From NCBI GenBank assembly GCA_964371925.1, contig CAYJOZ010000001.1, positions 1 to 33,825 of the forward strand: a stretch of 33,825 nt of DNA. The letters are read 5' to 3'. Shown here in pieces: positions 24,633 through 33,186 of the stretch (the first letter of the stretch is position 1; each line of letters begins with the position of its first letter). The notes under the pieces were generated by a model, which was given only the letters and a program-made list of their open reading frames with translations, was not told where the DNA came from and did no database searches. This DNA comes from an uncultured Treponemataceae bacterium (GTDB taxonomy: Bacteria; Spirochaetota; Spirochaetia; Treponematales; Treponemataceae). Made by a program: the position numbers and the translations under genes.

Positions 24633-25434
24633 TCCATACTTGCATCAGAATACCAAACGCTACACCCACGTTTAGAGAAGCCTTTACCCCTGTTAAAGGA
24701 ATACTCACGCATCCGTAGTCTGCTCTTTTTAAAGCTTCTGGGCTTACCCCCAGTTCTTCTGAACCAATTATAACAATACCTTTTTCAGGAAAAACAAAGT
24801 CATCTATATGTGTTCCTCCTGTTTCGAGAGCAAAAACAGGAATATCCTTAGGAAGATTTTCCAGTGAACATCGTTCTGTTTTTACGTATTTTGAACACCC
24901 CATTGCAGAACGCTGTGCCCTTTGATGATTTTCGTCAGTACAAAAGGGTGACAACAGCACACCTTCGGCGCCAAAAGCTTCTGCAGTTCTATAAATTGAT
25001 CCTAAGTTAAAAGGAGATCTAATATCTTCAGCATACACAAAGGTTCCTGGGAAAAATGAGCGTGCTTCATTATGATCAGCATGGGGTGCAATAACTAAAT
25101 CCCATTCTGCAGGAAATGTTCCAATTATTTCTAAGAGTCTATTTCGAGCATAATTACAAGTTCGCCGCTCATCAAACGGGACTTGATGTAACAATATGCT
25201 CAGTTCTTCATAAGCTGTTTTTGGAAGTTTTGGATCATCAAGCACAAGTTTTACAAGCTTTTTTGTGTACTCACTTCGGCTCATGCCAGAAAATTTTGAA
25301 TGTGAAGACTTTGGTATAGTTGTATAATCGCTATCAATACCTACAATATCACGTTCTAATGCACCAAAACAAAGTGCTATTTTTCGTCTTTTAAAACCGG
25401 GTTTTAGTTGGAATATTTTATCGGGATCTATCAT
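24595..25434 (-). CDS. SpoU/TrmH-family RNA 2'-O-methyltransferase with an N-terminal extension of about 110 aa
   Basis: 279 aa. SPOUT motifs are present: NLGSIYRTAEAFGAEGVLL, VIIGSEELGVSPEAL and IPLTGVKASLNVGVAFGILM. Confidence 0.85.
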   Translation of the reverse strand: MIDPDKIFQLKPGFKRRKIALCFGALERDIVGIDSDYTTIPKSSHSKFSGMSRSEYTKKLVKLVLDDPKLPKTAYEELSILLHQVPFDERRTCNYARNRLLEIIGTFPAEWDLVIAPHADHNEARSFFPGTFVYAEDIRSPFNLGSIYRTAEAFGAEGVLLSPFCTDENHQRAQRSAMGCSKYVKTERCSLENLPKDIPVFALETGGTHIDDFVFPEKGIVIIGSEELGVSPEALKRADYGCVSIPLTGVKASLNVGVAFGILMQVWTTRLRSQIQKPL

Positions 25435-25440
25435 GAAAAC

Positions 25441-26589
25441 TTAAAAGGCACTTTTGATTAGTTCAAATACATCATCAGCAGACATTGAGCGAGAAAAGGC
25501 ATACATTCCTGCTAGTTGCTCTGTGTTTTCTGCTACTAAAGATAACTGTTCCATTGAAATAGACAAATCTTTTAATCTTGCAGGAAGATTTGTCATAGCT
25601 ATTTTATTTCTGATTGTTTCCGATAAAACTGTTATTGCATCTTCATTTGAAGAATCAGGCGAGGCAAGTTTTAAATATCGTGAAACCTTTGCTATTCGTT
25701 CTGTTTTGTATTTTGAAACTTCTTCGACAATGTACGGTAATAGAATTGAAGATGAAAGAGAACGGGAAATTCTATGTCGTGCATTTATAGAAAGACTTAT
25801 CCCTGAACCAACACCGATTGAACTTGATGCAGCTGCTAAAGAAATCATGCTTGCGGCTTGCAAAGAAAGAACTTCTCTAGAAGATGTTGGTGTTTCTCCT
25901 TGCGAATCATTAAGAACGGTTGATAATAAGTCTAACGCCTTTTCAACAAGGCTGTCTGAAAAAAAGTTTGCTCTCTGTGAAGTGTATGCTTCTACTGCAA
26001 TAGTTAAAAGGTGCAAAAGCATTGATGTTCGTTGGCTTTCAGTAAAAGAAACAGTAAGGGTAGGATCGAAAACTGCAAGTCTGCATAAGCCTGGTTGCAA
26101 TTTTAACATTTTTACTTGGCGAGTACGGCCGTCTATTATGGGTGTTCTATCTGCAAAAATAAAAGGATCACATAAAGTTGTAGGCACACAGATTACAGGA
26201 AGGGCTCCTGTTGTTGGACTTGTACCCTCTAAAAAGTCATAAATATCATGTAATTCATGAAAAAGAGCTGCAACACTTCGAGCAACATTGCTAATTTTTG
26301 TTCCACCTACAGAAATAATTCCATGGATATGAGCTTCTTTTCCTAAATTGCATACTTGTTGTATGGTAACTGCATCTGGCGCAGGTGGTATTTCATCATA
26401 TACAAAGAAATCAATACTGCGCTCTTGCAGTGCAGATGTTATTTTTTCGGTAATTCCAAATTCTGTAAGAACAGGGTCTATGAGCAACATAAACCGTGTT
26501 CCATACTCTTTGGCAAATTGACCTAAGCGGCTAGAGGAATATGCGCCTAATACAATATTTGGAGATAACTTAAAAACAAAATCTGCCAT
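25441..26589 (-). CDS. Iron-containing alcohol dehydrogenase-fold protein, predicted catalytically degenerate
   Basis: 382 aa and colinear with E. coli FucO from memory. GGGS is replaced by GGTK. PTT is retained. The DALTH metal site reads HLLTI, and the two distal His ligands align to Leu and Arg. Confidence 0.7.
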   Translation of the reverse strand: MADFVFKLSPNIVLGAYSSSRLGQFAKEYGTRFMLLIDPVLTEFGITEKITSALQERSIDFFVYDEIPPAPDAVTIQQVCNLGKEAHIHGIISVGGTKISNVARSVAALFHELHDIYDFLEGTSPTTGALPVICVPTTLCDPFIFADRTPIIDGRTRQVKMLKLQPGLCRLAVFDPTLTVSFTESQRTSMLLHLLTIAVEAYTSQRANFFSDSLVEKALDLLSTVLNDSQGETPTSSREVLSLQAASMISLAAASSSIGVGSGISLSINARHRISRSLSSSILLPYIVEEVSKYKTERIAKVSRYLKLASPDSSNEDAITVLSETIRNKIAMTNLPARLKDLSISMEQLSLVAENTEQLAGMYAFSRSMSADDVFELIKSAF

Positions 26590-26598
26590 ATATACTGC

Positions 26599-26886
26599 TT
26601 ATAAGCCGAAGCTTTCCATTATTTTATCTGCAGTAGATGAAACAATAGATTGAGTCAAATACGCAGGATCTTGTATTTTTTCTCTAACTTGCGCAACACG
26701 GTCTAATCGGACATCAGGTGTTCCTGCTGCTATTTCAGATAAGTACATATCTTCTGCCATAGCTCGAGCTTCACTTGAAATCTCAATACTGTCATGACCT
26801 GCAGGAATTCTTTCACTTTCTGCGCTGCGTTGGGTTTTTTGCATGTCTTTTAGGGGATCTAATCGCCCTAGTTTGTCAATAATCAT
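26599..26886 (-). CDS. flgM: Anti-sigma-28 factor FlgM
   Basis: 95 aa. DSIEISSEARAMAE ... VRLDRVAQVREKIQDPAYLTQSIVSSTADKIM matches the FlgM C-terminal sigma28-binding pattern. It overlaps the rsmI 3' end by 11 nt. Confidence 0.75.
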   Translation of the reverse strand: MIIDKLGRLDPLKDMQKTQRSAESERIPAGHDSIEISSEARAMAEDMYLSEIAAGTPDVRLDRVAQVREKIQDPAYLTQSIVSSTADKIMESFGL

Positions 26887-27607
26887 TTTTTTTTCGCCTC
26901 TCTTTCTTTGGCCTTTCTATCCCAAGTTTGAGCTTTTTTACTCCCGCAACAAAAACCGCAAATTCTCCTAGAATTTTTGGCCTGTTGGCAAATTCACTGT
27001 AGATATCTACAGCCTTCCCCTCGATTATTTCTTCATGCATTTTAGTAAGCTCTCGGCCAACTAATACATGTCGCTCACTATCAATATCGGCAATTTCTGC
27101 TAAAAGTTTAACAATTCTGAACGGAGATTCGTATAAAACTATTGCATTTCCTGTTTCTAATAGTTCTGAAACCCTCGATCGCCTCTTCCCAGGTTTTACA
27201 GGCAAAAATCCTTCAAAAATGATGGTTTTCCCGCCTTCACCGGCAACGCTAACTAACGTTGCAAAAGCACTTGCTCCTGGAATAGGAATAACCGTATGCC
27301 CAGCTTCTCGCACTCGGCTTACTAAAACAGCCCCTGGGTCACTAATTCCGGGAGTGCCTGCATCACTTGCAAAGGCAACCTTTTTCCCATCATTAAGTAA
27401 ATCGATTATTTTTTCAGCTGCCTTTTCCTCATTTTGTGCTCGACAAGAAAGCAACGGCTTTCTAATATTAAAATGAGTTAATAACTGCAACGTACGCCGT
27501 GTATCTTCTGCAGCAACGTAATCTACTGTTTCAAATATTTCAACAGCTCGATACGTAATATCTTTTAAATTTCCAATTGGCGTTGCAACTATATATAACT
27601 CTGACAC
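26876..27607 (-). CDS. rsmI: 16S rRNA (cytidine1402-2'-O)-methyltransferase
   Basis: 243 aa with a GTG start. LYIVATPIGNLKDITYRAVEIFETVDYVAAEDTRRT is a classic RsmI N-terminus, and the fold is tetrapyrrole-methylase-like. Confidence 0.9.
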   Translation of the reverse strand: MSELYIVATPIGNLKDITYRAVEIFETVDYVAAEDTRRTLQLLTHFNIRKPLLSCRAQNEEKAAEKIIDLLNDGKKVAFASDAGTPGISDPGAVLVSRVREAGHTVIPIPGASAFATLVSVAGEGGKTIIFEGFLPVKPGKRRSRVSELLETGNAIVLYESPFRIVKLLAEIADIDSERHVLVGRELTKMHEEIIEGKAVDIYSEFANRPKILGEFAVFVAGVKKLKLGIERPKKERRKKNDY

Positions 27608-27613
27608 ATATAT

Positions 27614-27642
27614 AGTATACCTCTTTTTATATTTATAAACAA
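27614..27642 (-). promoter_or_regulatory. Candidate promoter of the rsmI-flgM operon (leaderless geometry, GTG start)
   Basis: Minus strand: TTGTTT (27642..27637), 17-nt spacer, TATACT (27619..27614), 6 nt, then GTG 27607. An AGAGG 12 nt upstream of the GTG is an alternative, poorly spaced SD. Confidence 0.3.
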
Positions 27643-27749
27643 GTGTTCAACAAGGCAAAACTGTTAAGATTTTTTTTATTTAGAAACTTTTCAATAGTTA
27701 TTATTTATAATTTTTTATCAAAAATCAGGTCTAAAAGCCCATTTTATGC

Positions 27750-27807
27750 AAAAAAAAGTAAAAAAATCTAAAAAAATCTTCCTTTTTTCAAAAAATTATG
27801 ATATACT
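27750..27807 (+). promoter_or_regulatory. Three 10-bp-phased A-tracts followed by extended -10 TGaTATACT (promoter of the GH-ppx-ppk unit)
   Basis: A8 at 27750..27757, A7 at 27760..27766 and A7 at 27770..27776. TG is at 27799..27800 and TATACT at 27802..27807. Confidence 0.45.
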
Positions 27808-27904
27808 ATAAATGAGGCATTTTGTGAAATTTTTCTGCACCTTTTTTAGATTGGCAGCTTGTTACCTGATAAATAAATGCGTTATACAGAGATAAGGAGT
27901 ACCG

Positions 27905-29335
27905 GTGAGCAAACGCGATTTTCCGAAAATACATTTTTACGATCAAGATTTTGTGGATATATATGACAAAACATGGGCATGGGTTCAAGATTTTTGGATG
28001 GATGACAAAAAAGAAAAACCTTCTCTTGAGGGATATTTTGTCCATCCAGGAGAAGAAGGTTGTATCATTGACCAACTTGAAACCGTTTTTTCTTCATTTT
28101 TTTTAGTATACTCTAATAGGAATTTTCCTGCGCATCAAAACCTTGACTATCTTTATGCTCGACAAGAAAAAAACGGTGCTATTCGCTGGAAATACAACCT
28201 TTCAAAAAAAACACCAGTTATTGACAACACAAATCCAGAGGGCGTTGGCTTACCTCTTTTTGCTTGGGCAGAATTTAACTTATACCATAAGACAGCAAAT
28301 AAAAAACGCATAAAAGAAGTTATGCCAATTTTACAACGCTACTCAACATGGATTGAAACTACATTTAAGCAAGACAACAACCTTTTTTCTGTTCCGGCAG
28401 AAGCAAGCACTATGTTTAATTCTCCAAGAGGTAAAACGGCATATCCAATTGATTTTAATGCAACAATGGCTATTAATGCTCTTTATATGGCCGCCCTTGG
28501 TGATATAATTAACGATAAAGACTTGAACTTTCAGTATAAAAAACTGTACTTTTCATTAAAAACTCAAATTAATGCCCTTATGTGGGATCATGAAACTGGT
28601 TTTTATTATGACTTAGATAAAGATTGCAACAAGTTAATGCATAAAACAGTTGCAAATTTTTGGCCTTTGTTGGCAGAAATTCCAAACGAAGATAAGGCCG
28701 AAAAACTTATTTCATATTTAACAAAACCTGATGCATTTGGAACCGATCATCCATTCCCATCTCTTTCAGCCGATCATAAAGATTTTGATAAAGACGGAGA
28801 AGGTTACAGAGGGAGCGTTTTTCCTGCTTTCAACTTTATGATTGTAAAAGGGTTGGAAAAATATCAGCGCTACGATTTAGCTCGAGAAGCGTCTATTAGA
28901 CATCTTTATTACATGCTGGATGCACTTTTCCCTGAAGGATCAAGCAAGAATGGTGATTTATGGGAAGCATACCTTCCACTCAACGAAGGCTATGCAAAAA
29001 TGAAAAATAATGAAATATTTCCGCGCAAAAGACATATTATTTTTGCCGGCCTTTCTACTATTGCAATTATGATAGAAAATATCATTGGTTTAAATATTAG
29101 CTTGCCAAGAAAAACTGTAGACTGGACAATTCCTAACCTTGAAATGATGGGAATAGAAAATCTTTCATTAACAAGAAACTTAATAACTATACTTTCTAAT
29201 AAAAGTTCTCGTGGTTGGGAAATACAAATGGAAAGTGAAAAGCTATACTATTTTACAATAAATATATTGGGTGAAAAGAAAAAAACACTTCCTATTCCAT
29301 CAGGAAAATGTTCTATGCTTATAGATAAGTTATAG
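27905..29335 (+). CDS. (alpha/alpha)6-barrel glycoside hydrolase, GH63/GH37/GDE_C-like (trehalase or MGH1-like)
   Basis: 476 aa with a GTG start and AAGGAG 5 nt upstream. It appears cytoplasmic (no signal peptide). The segments LPLFAWAEFNLY, WDHETGFYYDLD, FWPLLAEIP and GYRGSVFPAFNFMIVKGL resemble this superfamily. The family assignment is from memory only. Confidence 0.55.
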   Translation: MSKRDFPKIHFYDQDFVDIYDKTWAWVQDFWMDDKKEKPSLEGYFVHPGEEGCIIDQLETVFSSFFLVYSNRNFPAHQNLDYLYARQEKNGAIRWKYNLSKKTPVIDNTNPEGVGLPLFAWAEFNLYHKTANKKRIKEVMPILQRYSTWIETTFKQDNNLFSVPAEASTMFNSPRGKTAYPIDFNATMAINALYMAALGDIINDKDLNFQYKKLYFSLKTQINALMWDHETGFYYDLDKDCNKLMHKTVANFWPLLAEIPNEDKAEKLISYLTKPDAFGTDHPFPSLSADHKDFDKDGEGYRGSVFPAFNFMIVKGLEKYQRYDLAREASIRHLYYMLDALFPEGSSKNGDLWEAYLPLNEGYAKMKNNEIFPRKRHIIFAGLSTIAIMIENIIGLNISLPRKTVDWTIPNLEMMGIENLSLTRNLITILSNKSSRGWEIQMESEKLYYFTINILGEKKKTLPIPSGKCSMLIDKL

Positions 29336-29359
29336 GGATGCTTTACTTGAGGATTTTTT

Positions 29360-30886
29360 ATGAAAACACTTGAGGCTGTTGTTGAATTAGGGTCTACCGG
29401 AATACGACTTATGGTTTGCGAGGTAGACGCAAAAGGAAGATGGAAAATTGTAGATAAGTCAGAATTGCCTGTTTCTTTAGGGTGGGACGTATTTACAACA
29501 GGATCAATCAGTAGAGACAGTTTATTACAATGTATTCAAATATTTACTAGCTTTCGAGAGCAACTAGAAGGGTGGTGCATTAAACCTTTCCAAGTAAGAA
29601 CTATCGCGACAAGTGCGCTTAGGGAAGCACAAAACAAGGATTCTTTTTTAGACAGAATTCTTGTAAAAACAGGGTTTCCAATTAAACTCGTTGATGGGAT
29701 AGAAGAAAGTCGCTTGGTGTATTTGGCTGTATCAAATATACTTCGAGAAGAAATACCAAAATACCAAAACAAAAACTCTGTTATTTTAGAAATTGGTGGG
29801 GGATCTACCGAGGTTATGTTCTTAAACCGCGGAAAGATTCTAACAGTTCATAGTTTGCGTTTGGGAACTGTTATTATTGACCAATACATCAAATCGATGG
29901 GTGGGTCGAGAAGTGACACAAAACACTATCTAGAAACCTATATAAACAATGCAGGCGTAAATTTCAATATAGGCTCTGGATTAAAAAAAATACACCACTT
30001 TGTTACCATTGGATCCGATGCTCAAATAATAGCGAAAAGCATAGGAAAGCCTCTTGGAAAACGCACTTGGTCAATTTCGCGTGAAACATACTACGCCTTT
30101 GCCGAAGATGTTGACCAACTTTCACTTAATGAGCTTGTTGATAAATTTCAAGTTGAATATAATGATTTGCGCATGTTGCCGGTATCAATTCTTGTATACA
30201 AACTCTTTTTAGATTTAACAAAGGCAGAAGAAATCATTGTTTCCGATACTAATATACGAGAAGGTTTATTTGTAAGCAAATATGCAAAAGATGCACAACT
30301 TGAAAGTAGCTTTTTTTCACAAATTTTAACATCGGCAGTACGAATTGGAAAACGATACAAAATAGATGAGGCGCATGCACAATACGTAAAAAATATGTCC
30401 TTACAAATTTATGATGCTATGGGTTCAGAAATGGGACTACAAAATGATGCTCGTTTAATTCTAGAAATTGCGGCTCTTTTACATGATGTAGGAACCTTTA
30501 TACGTGAGGCAGACCACGAACTTCATAGCCAATATATTATTTCGCATTCAAATATATTTGGCCTAGAAAAGCCAACATTGCATATTATTGCCCTTATTGC
30601 GCGCTATCACAGGGGGAGTGTAACACTACCAGATGATGAAGAATTTTTATTGCTTCCAAGAAAAGACAGAATGAAAGTCTTAAAACTTTCTGCGATTTTA
30701 CGTGTAGCCGATGCCCTAGACAGGGGTCATTCTCAGCGAATTTCAAATGTTAGCATTTCGTTACGAGAGACAATGCTTGTTTTAGAACTTCAAAATATTA
30801 AAGATGTAAAACTAGAAAAACAAGCTATTGCAGAAAAAAGTGATTTATTTGAATCTGTATTTGGATATACTGTTCTTCTTACATAA
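29360..30886 (+). CDS. ppx: Exopolyphosphatase / guanosine pentaphosphate phosphohydrolase (Ppx/GppA) with C-terminal HD domain
   Basis: 508 aa. ASKHA-fold motifs are present: VELGSTGIRLMV and ILEIGGGSTEV. The HD region reads LLHDVGTFI...HELHSQYII. Confidence 0.9.
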   Translation: MKTLEAVVELGSTGIRLMVCEVDAKGRWKIVDKSELPVSLGWDVFTTGSISRDSLLQCIQIFTSFREQLEGWCIKPFQVRTIATSALREAQNKDSFLDRILVKTGFPIKLVDGIEESRLVYLAVSNILREEIPKYQNKNSVILEIGGGSTEVMFLNRGKILTVHSLRLGTVIIDQYIKSMGGSRSDTKHYLETYINNAGVNFNIGSGLKKIHHFVTIGSDAQIIAKSIGKPLGKRTWSISRETYYAFAEDVDQLSLNELVDKFQVEYNDLRMLPVSILVYKLFLDLTKAEEIIVSDTNIREGLFVSKYAKDAQLESSFFSQILTSAVRIGKRYKIDEAHAQYVKNMSLQIYDAMGSEMGLQNDARLILEIAALLHDVGTFIREADHELHSQYIISHSNIFGLEKPTLHIIALIARYHRGSVTLPDDEEFLLLPRKDRMKVLKLSAILRVADALDRGHSQRISNVSISLRETMLVLELQNIKDVKLEKQAIAEKSDLFESVFGYTVLLT

Positions 30887-30919
30887 AACTGTTTTAATGG
30901 TGAAAAAAGAGAGGTCACA

Positions 30920-33079
30920 ATGGCAAAAATAAATATAAAAAATGAAAATACTCTTTTTATAAACCGAGAACTTTCTTGGATTGAATTTAATGCAAGGGTA
31001 TTAAAAGAAGCACAAAACAAAAATGTTCCTCTTTTTGAACGAATAAAATTTCTTTCTATAGTTTCTTCAAATTTCGACGAATTTTTTATGGTTCGTGTTG
31101 CTGGTTTAAAAAATCAAGCATTATTAGACTCTGGCTGGACAGATATTGCAGGGTTATCAGCTAAAGAACAATTAGCTCGAATATCGAAGCGTGCGCATGA
31201 AGTGTTTGAAAAACAACACAAGCTTTTTTCAACCGATGTTCTTGTAGATTTGAAAAAAGAAGGCATAATATATGTGCCTCCAGCAGAGTTTACTTCAGAA
31301 GAAAAACAATTTACTGAGAATATATTCAGAGATCAAATATTTCCGTTGCTTACACCTTTACGCACTGAAGAAAATGGTGATTTACCCTTACTTTCAAATT
31401 TAAAAGTACACATTGCCTTTTTACTAAATCCTTTACCAACAGAAAGAGCCTTATATAATGAAAGTCAAACAAACGACGAAAAGCCATTGGCCTTTGTACA
31501 AGTGCCAAGTGTTATAGACCGAATAATTTGGCTTCCTTCAGATTCAAAGAAAAAGCGATTTGCACTTATTGAAGATATAATCACACTTTTTGGAACAACC
31601 CTTTTTTCTGGTTTTGCAGTAGAGCAAACACTTGTTTTTAAACTTGTTTGCGATGCTGCTTTTGCGGTAAACGAAGAAGTAGAGGATAATTTTATAGAGG
31701 CAATGGAAAACATTATTAGTGAGCGAAAAAAGGCGGTTCCTATTCGTCTTACGTGTACATCTGACAGTAGCGACATTGCAAAAATTATAATAAAAAAAGC
31801 AAATCTAAGTGAACACGATGTCTACAGTACCGAAACTCATTTTATTGACTTAAAAAATTTTGGAGGCCTTGAATCTATTGATGGCTTTTCTCATCTTCGA
31901 TATCCAAAGTGGAAAAACTTTTATCCAGAAATGCTAGAGCCAAAACAGCCTCTTTGGGATAGTTTAAAACAAAAAGACCTTTTATTACATGTTCCATATG
32001 AATCGTATGATCCTGTTTTGCAGTTTATTCATGATGCCGCCGAGGATGATGATGTTCTTGCGATTAAAATGACTCTTTACAGAACGAGCGGAGACTCTCC
32101 TTTGATTAAAAGTCTTATAAAAGCAGCAGGAAAAGGGAAACAAGTAACCGTTTTTGTTGAATTAAAAGCGCGCTTTGATGAAGAAAGAAATATTACTTGG
32201 GCGCATACCCTACAAAAAGCAGGCGTTATTGTAATTTACGGTATTGCTCACTTAAAGGTTCATGCAAAAATTTTATATGTTGTACGCAAGGAGCATTCTG
32301 GTATTGTACGTTATGTACATATGGGAACAGGAAATTATAATGAAAAAACTGCTCGCCTTTATGTAGATATGTCCCTTTTTACAACAAACGCAGAAATTGC
32401 AAATGATATTGCACTTTTATTCAACATGATTTCTGGATATTCTGCTGTACAAAACATGAACCATCTTTTTATGGCACCGGTTACTCTAAAATCACAACTT
32501 CTTTCAATGATTGACAGAGAAATACAATGCTCTACAAAAGAAAACCCTGGTTTAATTATAGCAAAGATGAATAGCCTAGCACATCCTGAAATTATAAAAG
32601 CCTTGTATAAAGCAAGCAATGCCCATGTTTCAGTGCTTCTTAATGTAAGAGGAATTTGCATGCTTGTGCCTGGTGTAAAAGATCAAAGCGAAAACATAAA
32701 GGTTATTAGCATTATTGACAGATTTTTAGAACATACCCGTATTTTTTATTTTCAAAACGGTGGATCTGAAGAAATGTATTTGTCTAGTGCCGACTGGATG
32801 CCAAGAAACCTCGACAGACGGGTAGAACTTATGTTCCCTATTTTACAAAAGCCGATTTTTCAAGAGATTAAAGAAACGTTAAGAATATATTTTTCAGACA
32901 ATCAAAAAGCACATATAATGAATTCTGACGGAACATGGACACAAAACTCTGATAAAGATGCATTACCTGTTAGGAGTCAAGAAGCACTTTATAGCTTGTA
33001 CATGCAAAGGGCACAAAAAGAAAGTAAAAAAACTGCGAAAGAGTTTCAAGTACGAAAAAAGCAACATAAGAAAAAGTAA
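30920..33079 (+). CDS. ppk: Polyphosphate kinase 1
   Basis: 719 aa with N-terminal FINRELSWIEFNARVLKEA. Two PLD-like HKD-type segments are present (LKVHAKILYV and RFLEHTRIFYF). AGAGAGG lies 5 nt upstream. Confidence 0.93.
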   Translation: MAKINIKNENTLFINRELSWIEFNARVLKEAQNKNVPLFERIKFLSIVSSNFDEFFMVRVAGLKNQALLDSGWTDIAGLSAKEQLARISKRAHEVFEKQHKLFSTDVLVDLKKEGIIYVPPAEFTSEEKQFTENIFRDQIFPLLTPLRTEENGDLPLLSNLKVHIAFLLNPLPTERALYNESQTNDEKPLAFVQVPSVIDRIIWLPSDSKKKRFALIEDIITLFGTTLFSGFAVEQTLVFKLVCDAAFAVNEEVEDNFIEAMENIISERKKAVPIRLTCTSDSSDIAKIIIKKANLSEHDVYSTETHFIDLKNFGGLESIDGFSHLRYPKWKNFYPEMLEPKQPLWDSLKQKDLLLHVPYESYDPVLQFIHDAAEDDDVLAIKMTLYRTSGDSPLIKSLIKAAGKGKQVTVFVELKARFDEERNITWAHTLQKAGVIVIYGIAHLKVHAKILYVVRKEHSGIVRYVHMGTGNYNEKTARLYVDMSLFTTNAEIANDIALLFNMISGYSAVQNMNHLFMAPVTLKSQLLSMIDREIQCSTKENPGLIIAKMNSLAHPEIIKALYKASNAHVSVLLNVRGICMLVPGVKDQSENIKVISIIDRFLEHTRIFYFQNGGSEEMYLSSADWMPRNLDRRVELMFPILQKPIFQEIKETLRIYFSDNQKAHIMNSDGTWTQNSDKDALPVRSQEALYSLYMQRAQKESKKTAKEFQVRKKQHKKK

Positions 33080-33186
33080 GATTTTCTAAACCAAAACAAC
33101 AGCCTTTAGCCTCGCAAAAAGAACATAGCCTAAACCCGCTAGATCGTAGTGAGCATATAAAAGAATAACAACAAGGAGAATTAGAC

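Noticed and set aside
25454-26242. 262-aa plus-strand ORF
   Set aside because: It is antisense to the Fe-ADH-fold gene, whose homology is colinear over its whole length. It has no motifs, promoter or SD. It is a long shadow ORF, probably permitted by the Ser/Leu-rich codon usage of the sense gene.
27806-28075. 89-aa minus-strand ORF
   Set aside because: It overlaps the promoter, the leader and the 5' end of the well-supported glycoside hydrolase gene on the opposite strand. It has no motifs.
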